A DNA stretch of 64,000 bases. Origin: Haliotis rufescens (taxonomy: Eukaryota). Positions 50,901-62,869 of this stretch are shown one piece after another. The position numbers were made by a program, and so were the translations under genes. The notes below the pieces were generated by a model that saw only the letters and a list, made by a program, of their open reading frames with translations, ran no database searches and was not told where the DNA came from. The first letter of the stretch is position 1. Each line of letters starts with the position of its first letter. The stretch is from NCBI RefSeq assembly GCF_023055435.1, contig NW_025964334.1:2232001-2296000 (forward strand). The letters are read 5' to 3'.

Positions 50901-51393
50901 GCATCTTGTTATTTCTATTTCATTTATTGATGAGTTCATACAAAGATTAAAATGCTCTTATGAACAAGATTGGCATTTTGCTTTGACCAATAGCCCCAAG
51001 TATTCATCATATCTTTGTTATAAATTTAGGTTTAGCAGGGAATTTTATTTATCGGCTATTACAATCAATAAGTTTCGCGTTGCACTGGCACGTTTTAGAG
51101 CTAGCTCCCACTCGCTCCACATAGAAACCGGGAGATATTTTGGTATCCCAAGACAGCGAAGGTTATGTATGGTTTGTAAAACAGGCTATGTTGAGTCTGA
51201 ATACCATTTTGTATTGGTTTGTGAAAAATATTATGCTCTCCGAGTGACATATATTCCTCAAAAATATTATGTAAATCCATCAATAGAACAATTTTACATA
51301 CTTATGTCGTCTCTGCATCAGTCAACAATTAGAAGTCTGGCTTGTTATATTTACCACGCTTTTAAGTTAAGGAATTCATTTTTGCAGAAGTAA
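47920..51393 (+). CDS. LINE ORF2: AP endonuclease + reverse transcriptase + C-terminal CCHC zinc-finger region
   Basis: Open from 47920: FWNIAGL, LCETW, GDLNSR, VVDY, SDHLP (APE); NYRGI, QAGFR, FVDFAKAFDS, GVRQGCVLSP, LFADD, YKYLG (RT). Confidence 0.95.
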   Translation, partial: GCGQGRNCNSNTRLTTSFVFWNIAGLQSKLHDTDFISFIHQFDVISLCETWSSHSDSQLCFPGYITHSIPAEQISFFGRLSGGLVVLIKQHLVQYVKGCVTGPNGIFIVLDKRLFCLGKDTIVACVYVHPEGSTWYKSATTKCGISLFFESLLDVLQRFGGCSILIGGDLNSRTGTDPDGIECDIAERLGIDDFSDIYDNIDIKRHSCDSKVNNFGKVLLNVCSALNLYICNGRCGSDAGKGDFTFISQIGQSVVDYIITGPDLFTSCDRFDVLSRPDSDHLPVACSFVSRDMASVGASLCNARDVRDNSRYVWNEDKVSTFRDVLLSDKSASVFDQCNEHILSGKFDDAVTLFSDLLGNAAECMRKFCPSAWLVDKQPWFDKECEFLRFEKQRLLKVYRLLGDHLALSNYLHARNKYTNILHNKRKAYQDKILSNMVTGIHNSKIFWSQLKLLSGEGRRRSPNIELGDWYQHFKNLFGEYSSSEVEENLVFDDVNFDETTQSILDSPISQDEVLDAITGLKNNKAAGDDGLIAEMFKSSPDVLVPFLTFFFNAIFDSAYFPSSWAVCHIVPIYKKGDANSPTNYRGITILSVFSKLYISILNRRLQFWSESYDRLVESQAGFRSGYSTTDNIFVLYSVIEKYLAKKRGVIYALFVDFAKAFDSIDRSKLRMVLYKNGISPKMFCCIQSIYKQVLALVKYNNSFSDMFSCSNGVRQGCVLSPILFALFINDLAIDIESSCAHGIQFHPDVVQLFLLLFADDVILIADTVYGLQKRINVLECYCKDYSLTVNIDKTKVVVFKNGSVLSKYEKWVYDGKLLECVTTYKYLGVLFFRNLSWSAHISNVVNQAKKVLFKLLKSLQLIKPTPMNIFFKIFDAKVVPVLLYGAEVWGLSLSFCEEIEVVHTLACKRILGVKSATSNHVVRGECGRYPLYIYAFKRCLNYWCKILKMPDSRYPRKSYNMLVQQAIAGKTNWASRVKLLLYAYGFGYVWENQHLVISISFIDEFIQRLKCSYEQDWHFALTNSPKYSSYLCYKFRFSREFYLSAITINKFRVALARFRASSHSLHIETGRYFGIPRQRRLCMVCKTGYVESEYHFVLVCEKYYALRVTYIPQKYYVNPSIEQFYILMSSLHQSTIRSLACYIYHAFKLRNSFLQK

Positions 51394-53277
51394 TATTCTT
51401 TATCTATGAATGCCTTGCTGTTGTGTATTTAGGTGTACACAGTTGTATTTTTATACATGTCTGGTGAACCGAATTGTACTATGGGCCGCTGGCCCACTCA
51501 TGTACTGAATAAACAGATTAGAGTGTAAGTAACTGCTATGCAAAACAATATATTTTATTTGTTGTATCCCTAATATCTGTTAACTTATATAAAAATTCCA
51601 ATCGACATTCCACCTTATTTAATTTTCTTCCAGTTATAGTTATAAAAACAATGGACAAAGTGAATAAAGTAGAAAAGTAGTAGAAATATCAGTTATAAAT
51701 AATCCTTGTACTTTACTTTGATGAGTTATATCTTGACACAGCAAGCGTAATTCCAAATTAACATGTCGATTTTGTTTCATCAAAATTAGTAAATGCAAAA
51801 TGGCGTCACTAGATTTCTTGTCCACTAATTCACGGCCCGTTACAATCAAAGAGCCAATTCCCTATTTCATAGGACTTGAATGTCAACCTACAACCAATGG
51901 CACGTCACCCGCGAACATCCGGGTTAGAATAGCTCTTGTCTTGTCGTAATAGGCGAATAACGGGATCGAGTCGTAAGTCTCGCTGACTTGGTTGATGCAT
52001 GATGTCACTCACTGGATTGCCTGGTCCAGACGCAGTTATTTACAGACCGCCGTGATATAGCTGGAATATTGCTTTGTGCAGCGTTGTACTCATGCTCCCA
52101 ATAAGTGTCCGGATAGTTGCCATGGGAAGATTGTTCCGCTCTTCAGTAAGAAAATTGCTCGGTGGCTTCAGAGTTGGAAGCACAGGGAGTCTTGAGAGAG
52201 CGATCTGCAGCTCGTTCCACATAGGGTCCGATGTGGATGAGGTCTGGTGGTTGGGATGGTCACTCCATATGGACAATGGTCTCCTGCTAGCAGTGGGCAT
52301 GAAAGACACTGGCACGATGAGGTTGAGCGTTTTCGTCAATGATGAAGCCCGGCCCGACTTGCACCAGTACACATCAAGAATGTCATCCCTGTAACGCACA
52401 CCTTCTATCACGCCCCGTTGTAGGACATGGAGATCGGTTCTTCACGCTTTACTGATCCCTCCCCATATCGTGATTGAGCCCCCTGCAAAGTGGTCATGCT
52501 CGGCTACGTTGGAATCCTGAAAGAACTGGAGCCCAGACCTGGTCTGTCCAACTGACATGATCTTCAGCCCAATCCAAAAGTGCCTGCTTGTGATATAGGG
52601 TCAGTAAGCGGAGACCAGCCTCCCGGAGACGATTACGCTGAGATGACGTCTTGCTGCATTCAGGAGAAACCTGTCTTCCATCCGTGGGGCAGGACACTGT
52701 CGACCACCAGCATGTCGCTGGGTAGCTGATTCAAACGTCTTGTATCGACTCATACTTTGGAAGACGTTTGTAACGTGACACCTTTGTGGCTGAGGGGGCA
52801 TAAGTGCATTCATTTGTTGCAATCTTCAGCAACAAATGTTAATGTTCTCTCTGATAATGATCTGCAACGATTTTGTCACAATACATGCAAACCCATGTCT
52901 CTGTCCAATAATTGTGTGCCGGGATTTTTCAATATTTGTTGGCTGATCACAACTTGATCCTCAGCAAACTTTAGTTAGTATGCCATCAGTGACACGTATA
53001 CGTGAGACAACAATGGCAACAAATTAGGGCGACTTGCAGAACTTAGCCAAACTTGAATATCCAATAATTTTTAATATGATACCATTAGACTTTATCTATA
53101 CAATTTTCTGTGATTAAGATAAGCTCATATTTGTTGATCTTTAATAAAGTGCCATTTGGAATTTTATTCCATTCATTTTAGAGATACTTGATTAATTATT
53201 GATATTGACATTAACCGAAGACTGGGCAAGAGTCAGGAAGTGCTGCAGTTGATGTAAGATACAGAAAGCAAGGCGAT

Positions 53278-53380
53278 ATGTCCCCCGTCGGGATATTGTA
53301 TTATAGCAAAGAAGCCTCATGTGTCACATTTGTGTCCGACGTCTCCATCTCTTCACCAACCACCACAGCACCGACGACTT
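53278..53380 (+). pseudogene. Mirror exon-1 relic with further internal deletion
   Basis: atgtcccccgtcgggatattgtattatagca joined directly to aagaagcctcatgtgtcac. Confidence 0.7.
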
Positions 53381-54949
53381 AAAACCACACTCCCTCGCTA
53401 AATGTCTCCATTGCAACATAGACTTAACTAAAGTATATTAACTCGCGTCACCACATCAAGTGTATGAACCTTTTCTTCCCTTTACATTTTTTTGGCATGT
53501 TGATCTGAACTTGCAAATTTATCAATATTCTGGTCAAAGCAGCTGCACATTTTGCTACATTATAGTATTATGACAGTTTAAGTTGAATATTTTGGAATGT
53601 GAGTTTCTTAACAAATACTACTATTATATTTAAAGAATCATTATTTCTTTCCGGGAAACCAAACAATATATTCTCCTTGTTAAGAACGTTGTTCAATTTT
53701 GTTTTCTGAAAAAGCCAACTTTCCAAGTATTTCCGAAGTTGGCGAAATTTTTTTACATTCCAAGAACACATGTGGTATATTTTCTAATTCTAATTGACAA
53801 AAGTCATACGTTCCATTGTTGACAAAACCCAGAACTTATTATTTCTAAGAATTCAAGAAAATTGGTGTCATAGATTTCTTTTAATTTCGGAAAAGTAAGA
53901 AAATTGCCATTTTTATCTTTTAAATCGTTGATCAACCAGACTCCCTTCATGTTCCATCTTTCATAAAATATGCTTTCCTTATCAAATGTAATGTGGTTAT
54001 TGTGCCAAACCATTTGACCGAGAATGTCTTCATTCTGTACTGGAGGAATATCTTCAGTGAAGTCAAATCAAGCTAAAATCAGATCATAATAAAATATGAT
54101 TGTTATATTTGGTTTCAAACGATAATGGTTTAGTTCCATTATATTTTGTTTTAAAACATCGCACACCATTTTTTTATTTCTCCGAACAAAATTAAAGTAT
54201 TTATTTTGAAAACTATCAATGACATTGTCTGGTGGATTAAGTATAGAAGAAAACAGGCGGTTTTGTTTTGGTACAATACTGGATTTTGATATGGTATTTC
54301 TTTCCAAGTGGCGTCAAGATTTTGGCAGACCAAATATTCGTCAGAGTTTCACATGATTTAAGTTTATCACCATAGTTAACGTCGGTTATTTCATCAAGGT
54401 CTAAACTAAATTGTGAAAAGGGCCCCTGTTCAATTTCCATTGCGGATAAACTTATATTCTCGAACATTGTTTTAACCCTATCCATAGAATTCTAGTTTTG
54501 TCTGTGTTAACTTTCGTTCAGCGAACCGTGCATATTTTTCTAGAATTTTCATTATTAACCTCTGGGGACGTCATCCCTTTGTTTAGCACCGTTCTATAAC
54601 CTGGCGGTAAGACCTGGACGACACCAAGGTAGGTATATGTGTAACATAGAGACCTCGTTCGAGGTCTATCTGTGATTTAAAGATCTCATATGAGGTCTCT
54701 AAATCACAGATAGACCTTATACAAGGTCTCCTAATTCATTGATAGACCTACCTTGGTGACGTCCAGGTCTGCTCAACTAGATTTCTGTCAGCAGTCTTGC
54801 TTTCAGTAGTGAAAGCATGTAGAAATAATATATGAAGCAAATTTTTAAAATGATCTACTTTTGAAAATTATACTGACCTACTGACCTGAGCATGACTGCT
54901 TTTCAAATACAATAAACAACGTTTTTTTAATCAGTTTAATATCATCAAT

Positions 54950-55704
54950 TTACATGTTAAAGTTGACAACAACGGTGACTGGACGTTTCTTGGTTTCCTC
55001 GTCCTTGCTCGAGCTTGGCACAGCGACAGTGGGTGTAGTTCCTGTGCTGGGTTTCTCTTCTACCGCTACCGATTCCACGAACTTTGAGGACGCCTCTGTC
55101 GCACTTTTACTCCTCTTCGAATTCCCGTACAAGATGTCTGAAACCTCCGCTTGCATCGCAGAATTTGTCCTCTTGTACAGTCTTACTGCAGAACTACGAT
55201 GCCCTGTAGACAGAATGGGGGTGATGGCTGCATATGTGCCTTTATACAATCTTCAAAAGCTTCATCCTCAAACAAGTTTATCAGTTTTCCTTTCGGGCGG
55301 AGATACGATTGAATTCCACAAAATGCTCCATACAGGGATTGACTTTTGTAGTTTTGGCCGTTTTCACGTCTGATCTCAAATACAAAATGTTGCAAGGCCT
55401 CGTTTAAGAAAACGTCGGGCATATCAGTTATATTCGTGGTCAAGCAATCTCGTGACAGTTCCAAATTTCAGAAATTGATAGAAGAAGACGGTGATTTTGC
55501 CATTTAAGAAATAGAGAAACAGCCCACTCATACTTGTAGATGGTGTTCGCCGGGGCTGCTTCGTTCACCATACCTTGGATTCTTTCTATATCTACAGGGT
55601 CGCCAAACTGCAGAGGTTTACAAACGGAAACACCTTCAGTATCTTCTGTTTTCTATTCATCAATAAACTTACTTTGAGTCAGAAATAAATCCTCGTCAAT
55701 TTCA
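54950..55704 (-). mobile_element. Mirror Crypton-like relic (less deleted)
   Basis: ORFs 55183..55464 and 54950..55249 contain FVFEIRRENGQNY and TGHRSSAVRLYKRTN..EVSDIL. Confidence 0.68.
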
Positions 55705-56699
55705 TGATACTTAATATCGTCTCACGATACTGGCAGTGTGTCACACGCCACTGTCTCAACGCGATAACATGTGCTCTTATGCATGACAGTCATGAACTGC
55801 ACGTGCAAAATGTCACCGATACGCTGCGTCGCCTGAGATGACACATTTGTATAAACTTTTACAAAGAAAACATTTTCGGACTTTTGATTACTATAGATAT
55901 TACTAAAGATTCTTTTTCAAAACGATCCTTAAAAATAGTATTTGAAATCGTGTAGCTATCTAATGAAATCATTCGGTCCAGCTCATTTTCATAGAGGGGT
56001 GTGAGTATTTTTCCTTAAAATCCCATATTCCCTCAGTTTATAAGCCGTTTAAGGTCCTCAGACTCGGGCATGGCGCATGTAGATAGACCTACCTGACTAC
56101 CCCTGCGGTCTATCAACATGCACCAAGACCTCATCTTCGTACCTTAACCTATACATAACTGCATATAGGCAGCGTTCGGTACCATCTAACATACATATGG
56201 TGTTATCTGCAAACTGTGCCCAGAGATATTTAATATATCAATATGTGTACCTTTAATATGTTTATTATTTCTTATCATTTCGACACAAAGTATGAACAAG
56301 TATTGGGATAAGGGGTCCCACAGACATCAACCTCTGGAAACACTAAAGAATTCACACAAGATTAAAATCCGTAATAAATGCTTTTTGAAGTCCATAAGTA
56401 ACAGGACCTGTGAAGAGCCGGGTAGAATAGGTCTTCAGCAACCAATGCTTTCCTAAAAAGGCGACTATGCTTGTCGTAGGAGGCAACTAACGGGATCGGG
56501 TCGTCTGACTTGGTTGATGCATATCATCGATCCAAATTGCGTGGAGCGATGCTCATGATGTCAATCACTGGATTGTCTGGTCCAGACTCGATTATTTACA
56601 GACCGCCGTCATATAGCTGGAATATTGCTAAGTGCGGCTTTAAACAACAAACAAACCAACCGACCATAAGTAATAGCAATCTTGGTATCTGGTAGCTCT

Positions 56700-57720
56700 T
56701 CATATATTCCATCATGTCATAGACAAGTCTCGTTATTTCTCCGACATGTCAGCCTGGCATAAAATATTTTTGGTCTTCATTTATACTCATAATGATGTCA
56801 AATACTGATTTCATCCTTTTTTTTTGAATTATCAGAACGTTTCGGGATATCAAGTTTATCTAATAGATGTTTAGATAGACATTTGAAACGTCTTGTTCTT
56901 TGTAGCATGATCTCACTTCATTCTGAACCTCGTGTTCCTTCGTTATTATATTTCCACTAACAGTTTCAACTCGTATGTATGCTTTGTTTGTGAAATTCCT
57001 CCCATTTTCTCCCATTTCCACCCATAAAGCTTTTGATCTTCTTAACAATCAATTTGTTTTAACCCGACTTATTTCTTATAGTTCTCCGGGGGCACGGGTG
57101 GCCCAGTCGTCTAAGGCGCCGCGATTTGCTGTGCGGAGTTGCGTTCCTCGGGCACGCCAGAAACCTATGTTTGTGGGTTCGAATCCCAGTTCGCCCCGAT
57201 TATGTTTCTAAGTTTGTCAGCACAATACCCATACCATAAACGTCTGAGCCCTGCATCCCTTCGGGCTTTCCTCCCACATTAAGCTGACACGCCGTGATAT
57301 AACTTGAATACTGTTAAAAACGACGTTAAACTCACTCACTCTTATCGTTCTCCATAATCAGTTCAATTTCATTTACTAAGTCCATTTTTACATTTTTATT
57401 GGTTTCAATATAAAGTGATTAAGTTCACTGTTGTAACGTTTCAGTCAAGTCTATTTTTTTTCACGTTCATCTTTTTGGCAGACGAGTACGAAATTGTCCT
57501 ACCGCGAATCATAAGTATTAATATTTCCAAAACACATATGATCGCTAGTTATGAATTCATCTTCACCAGTATCTGCCTTATTGAACTGTTCTTTTGTTTC
57601 CATTATGAAAAAATCAAATCGACCTTGTTTCAGTGGCGTAGTTTGTCGCCAAGTAAATAGTTTTCTGATGGATTAAAATCTCTCCAGGGATCTATATTAG
57701 TCTGAATAAGCTTTGTCTGG
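56700..57720 (-). mobile_element. Decayed L1/Tx1-like ORF2 fragments
   Basis: LLRRSKALWVEMGE..F, I.....EVQNEVRS.Y, and a decayed GFMPG..VGE.TRLVYD.ME motif. Confidence 0.55.
57087..57341 (+). mobile_element. tRNA-derived SINE; related copy at 62629-62869
   Basis: tggcccagtcgtctaaggcg, gggttcgaatcc, ggctttcctcccaca..aaactcactcact. Confidence 0.8.
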
Positions 57721-58403
57721 CTTCAGGATTGTTAATATGTTTGTGGTAATATGAATCTTATAAATAGTCAGTGGCGCAATATCCCCAATAAGAACCTGAT
57801 CATTGATGTTATACCCCCTATAAGAACTTGGTCAATGTCGTTATATTCCCTGGAATAAACCGGTCAGTGTTGTTATATCCCTTATATAACATGGTTAGTG
57901 TCGTTATAGTCAGTTAAGTTATATACCCTATATAATCTAGTAAGTATGTTTGTATCCCCGATATAATCTTGTATATATAGTTATATCCCCTACATTATCT
58001 AGTAAATAAACTTTTGTCTCCTATAAGAACCTGGTTAGTGGCGTGATATCCCCTATAAGAACGTGGCCAGTGACACTATATTCCCTATAAGAACTTCTAA
58101 TTTCTTCTCTTGATATTGGATATTCTAGAAAATCAGCTGATACACTGTCATTTTTTTCTTCAATGAAGTCCAATTCTAATACATTATCATCATGGCTAAA
58201 TGGAACTGAAATCAATTTCTGGAAAAGCTCAAAAGAATTTTGAAAATAATATAATTTTTGCAATATTTGCTTGAATTTAATGGCTTTTAATGGACACCAC
58301 ATTGTTTTAGAATTATCTGTGCAGCTTCTGTTTTTGTTCAACATATTTTTATTTAAAAAAAAAAATTCTTACAAATATCACTGTACTGATGCTTACTCTA
58401 GTA

Positions 58404-59926
58404 TACTAGCCACATAAAGAAACTGTGCACGGAGAAAATATAGATATAAGGGCACACCGTTCATATATGAAATATAGGTTTGAACACAGCAATTATTGGA
58501 GACATTAAAACGCTCATGCACGTGCCATGCGATATGACGTCATTGATGGGGGCCTATGGACGTGCAATGTGTTACTGCACGTGCATCCTGTGCAGCTGTA
58601 CACAGCATGTGCAACTCAAAATTCGCTGTCACTTTGGAAAGCATGATCTGTGGTCATTCAAAAATTCAAAACTTCTCAGGCACAGACACAAGCATATCAC
58701 AAGCAAATCATGCCAAGATTGACAGCTGCACGGCGTCATGAAGCCATTGGAATGATCCGAGCGGGAATGAGGCAACAATAGGTGGCAACACATTTCCAAT
58801 GCCATCGTAACACGATATCGGCATTGGTGAGGCGTTATCAGAACACAAATGACGTTGCCGACCACACACGTTCAGGACGTCCCCGAGTAACGACGCCAAG
58901 ACAGGACAGATGGATTCGAGTTACACATCTCCGACACAGGTTCCAAACGGCAGTAACGACGTCCCAGACAATTCCTGGACTGCGCCGTATCCATCCCAAT
59001 ACTGTCAGGAATCGTTGACGTCAGTACGGGATTCGACCACGACGCCCTGCCATACGTCCCATCCTGACACACCGGCATCGAGTCAACCGTCTAAGATTGT
59101 GTCGAAATCATGTTCGCCAACCTCGATTATGGTGGAGAAATGTTGTCTTTACAGATGAATCGAGGTTCAACATTTCCCACAGTGACGGGCGCCAACGTGT
59201 CTACCGGCGTTTGGGAGAACGTTATGCACGCAACTGTATTGTGGAGAGGAATCGTTTTGGAGGTGGCTCTGTGATGATTTGGGGTGGGATAACAGCACGG
59301 CACCGAACCCCTTTGGTGGTTGTTCAGGGCAATCTCACCGGTGTTGACTACAGATATCAGATTCTGAGGCTTGTGGTCATTCCTTTCCTGCAACGTCATG
59401 GCCCGGGATTGACATTTCAACAGGACAACGCTCGTCCTCACACGGCAAGGGTCGCAATGGATTACCTTCACCATAACAATGTCATGTTACTGCCATGGCC
59501 TGCAAATTCTCCAGATCTCTCCCCAATAGAGCATGTGTGGGATGAAATGGAGCGCCGTCTGCGTCGTCTTCCACATCCTCCAGATAACGTCCGTGACTTG
59601 GCACAGGATTTGAGGAGGATATGGCAGGCCATTCCCCAGGCCTTCCATGCCCATTTGGTGGACTCCATGCGTCGCCGATGCACTGCTGTGATTCACGCAC
59701 AGGTTGGTCATACCCGTTATTGACTTTGTGACTTTGCCGTTTGACCCCCTACTCCATTTTGATCTTCTGACGTCATCGTAACAGATGTTGTTGAGGTCCC
59801 GTTGACATTTTCTAATGGTCCGATCATTCAGCTGCTACAGCGTCTGCATCATTTTGTTCTTGCTGTGTTGTATTTCAATCCAGAATATATTTTTTCTCCG
59901 TGCACAGTTTCTTTATGTGGCTAGTA
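58404..59926 (+). mobile_element. Full-length Tc1 (DD34E) transposon with TIRs and TA target duplication
   Basis: TIR tactagccacataaagaaactgtgcacggagaaaa at 58404 and its perfect reverse complement ending 59926, flanked by TA. Confidence 0.95.
58710..59723 (+). pseudogene. Tc1 transposase with two in-frame stops
   Basis: MPRLTAARRHEAIGMI..QQ*VA..RSGRP..RNR*RQ..FTDESRF..QQDNARPH..(34 aa)..SPIEHVW. Confidence 0.92.
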
Positions 59927-60209
59927 TATAACCTGTTAATGATCTACTGTCCTTCTTTCTAAATGTATTTAAATTTTTACATCGTTCCTTTTTAAGTAAC
60001 TGGCATTCTCTATCAAACCATTGTCACATTTATAGTCCGTATTATTTTCTTCAAATTAGCTGCTGCGATACTAACAACTTCAATAACATATCAAATACAT
60101 GTTAACAAATGCTACATCTTCAACCTTCTCATACACACACACACACACACACACATGCGTGTGTCGCTATAATCTTGGACGCGACGTTAAACCCCATGTC
60201 ACCTAACCT

Positions 60210-61290
60210 ATAAAATGTCTGGTTTAAAAGGGAATGTTGATAAAACTACAGCCGTATGGCTAGGATCAATGGCATAGAGTTCACTCTAATTATGTTCTGA
60301 TTTAACACTGGACTAGCATAACGTAGATTTCGATGTACTTTCCGATATGAAAAATCCTTGGGTCATCAACACTAGAAAACGATAGGAAACAATTAAAAGT
60401 ATTTTCTCAAACTGCAGGAAATGCAATGACAGTAATAGAAAACTAAGCTTTGTCAAGTATAGTTCACATATTAACTATTTTACCAAATTTTCAGAAGAAT
60501 ATATAAAATAATTAAACAACTTATTTTCAACTTTTTATGGAATGTAAAGAAGAACAAAACAAAAAGAATGCACCTTCTTAAAAAATGAAGAAGGTGGCAT
60601 CAACATGGTTGATATTACATTTATATTGACACTGTGAAGCTCTCGTATAGAAAAGGATATATGTCCAAACCAAACAGCTGTTCTAGTGCAACATTTATAG
60701 CAATAAATTAATTTTCCGGATAATATTATTAGAAATTGGTATACACTGGTTTTTTAACCATGTGAAAGATTTAAGTAACTGGAACGGCTTTATTCCATTT
60801 CCTGAGTTAAAAATAATGCATGGTATAAAAGGTTCTTCATTAGACAATCACCGTTTGCACGTAAACAGCCCTAAGCCATGGAAAGATCTTGTGCGTGATG
60901 CCCCAAGTCTACACACAATACAATTGAAAATTTTCCTCCATGGCATGATTTACTAAAGACAAGCACGGGTTCAAGGACGTTTTATGAACAGTTATTTCAT
61001 CATCAAATTTTCCAGTAATGTATGAGAAACTGGAACAAGAAGTTAAAAATCAAATTAATTGGAAACATGTATTTTTACAAAATACAAAATCTACAAAAGA
61101 TAGAAAACTATTAGAATATCGATTCAAATTCTTACACATTATATACACTATAAAAAAATTCTTAAATGTGAACTTGGTTGACGGCAACCTGCACTTCAGA
61201 CTATCAGACATTGAAAACACTGCTCACGTTTATTTAGAATTTTCTTATGTGAATAAAAGCGACGAAACCCTTTCTGTATTCATAAGAAAT
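60210..61290 (+). mobile_element. Decayed L1/Tx1-like ORF2 C-terminal fragments
   Basis: NVDKTTAVWLGS, EEGGINMVD, INWKHVF..TKDRKLLEYRFKFLH, ENTAHVYLE. Confidence 0.6.
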
Positions 61291-61540
61291 CATTGAAAAA
61301 AGCAGAATCGATTGTACGATTCCGACTAAACCGTGAGAATGCGGTTATGAATCACTATCAAATAGTAATGATACCAGGCGAGGCTCACGAAAAGGGGAGC
61401 GCATCCTGCGTATCCTGCCCCAGCAATGAATTCTTGGATAAATTTAATACTTCTATAATGCTATATTCGGACATATTATTACAAAACAAGATGTCTAATT
61501 TGGAGGTACAAATAATGTCCTAGGGAATCATTTATTAATA

Positions 61541-61704
61541 AGCCGGTCTGGTAGCCTAGTGGTTAGAGTTTCGCTCGTCACGCCGAAGACCCGGGTTCGA
61601 ATCCCAACATTAGTACAATGTGTGAAGCCCATTTCTGGTGTCCTCCACCGTGATATTGCTGAAATATTGCTAAAGGTGACGTAAACCCATACTCACTCAC
61701 CCAC
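61541..61704 (+). mobile_element. tRNA-derived SINE (same family as 25516)
   Basis: A/B boxes, CACT tail, ttattaata TSD. Confidence 0.88.
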
Positions 61705-62628
61705 TTATTAATATTAGCAAAAAGACATGTACAAAAGACATTTTAAAGGAATAAAACCATATCATATTGAAATATGCTGAAAGACATTTATCATGTCAAG
61801 TTGTTTCTTGGAAGGAGAAGCAGAACAATAATTTCTTTTACTTAAAACGTGGAATGTAAAAGAGAACACCATAAGCAGGCTGACTTACTTAAGGTAATCG
61901 ATATCTTCTAAAATTATTACAACGTACATCGTTATATGAACGTACTGGCAAGTTACATACCATACAGTTTTCTCATGACATTTACCATACATAACAAATA
62001 TTAAAGGAATAAAACCATGTGTTATATCATATAGACATATGCTGAAAGACATATATCATGCCGAGTTGTTCCTTGCAAGAAGAAACAGAACAATATTTTT
62101 TTCTACTACAAAGTGGAAGGCAATGGAGAAAATCATTAGCAGGCTGACTTACTTAAATATAGCGACAAAATCCTTACCATATCCAATAGAAATAACTGCC
62201 AAAAGCAGAGTAGATTGTACGATTCTGACGATATCATGATCATGTGTTTATGAACCACTATCAAACAGTGATGATAACAGGTGTTCTCGAAAAGGTGAGC
62301 GTATCCTGTCCCACCAGTGGCACTCGTCACAAAACACACACACAGACAAATCAATTGTTCACCTGAAAAAACACGTGAACATATGGTCAAAATAAGGAAT
62401 TAATATCGATATCTCCTACAATTATTACAACCTTATAGTTACATGTACTTATTGGCAAGTTACATGTCGTACATTTATCTCATGGTATTTACCATGTAAT
62501 TTAATGACTTATATGATACGATGACTAAGAAAACAATGTTATGTACAATTTGAACTGAATAAAAAATCATTAAAGAATCCAACGTTAACGTGTGACGTAT
62601 AACTAATGTCTCTTACAACTGACTCACA

Positions 62629-62869
62629 GGTTGCCCAGTCGTCTAAGGGAGTTGCGTCCCTTGGACACGCCAGAAACCTATGATTATGGGTTCGAATCCC
62701 GGTTCGCCCCGATTATGTTTCTAGGTTTGTCAGCACCATACCCGTGCTCGGGGGTTTCACCGAGGTGGCAAACGTCTGAGACCTGCATCACTTCGGGCTT
62801 TCCTCCCACATTAAGCTGACACGCCGCGATATAACTGTTAAAAGCGGCGTAAAACCCAACTCACTCACT
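62629..62869 (+). mobile_element. tRNA-derived SINE flanked by ~118-bp direct repeats
   Basis: Flanks ~62511-62628 and ~62870-62988 are similar; only one copy exists at paralogous 27389-27505. Confidence 0.8.

Larger units (their letters stand above)
46702..51520 (+). mobile_element. Apparently intact APE-type non-LTR retrotransposon, RTE-X-like
   Basis: ORF1 + ORF2 without frameshifts; 3' hairpin tgggcc-gct-ggccca and AATAAA at 51508. The 5' end is approximate (possible TSD AGAGT at 46702 and 51520). Clade call rests on the C-terminal FRASSHSLHIETGRY..RRLC..C..EYHF..C motif. Confidence 0.9.
27576..56659. repeat. Right arm of giant inverted segmental duplication
   Basis: Colinear reverse complement of 1..20758, with extra blocks at ~40093-40331, ~41627-45508 and ~46564-51661, and lacking left-arm 8771-9482. 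Confidence 0.97.
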
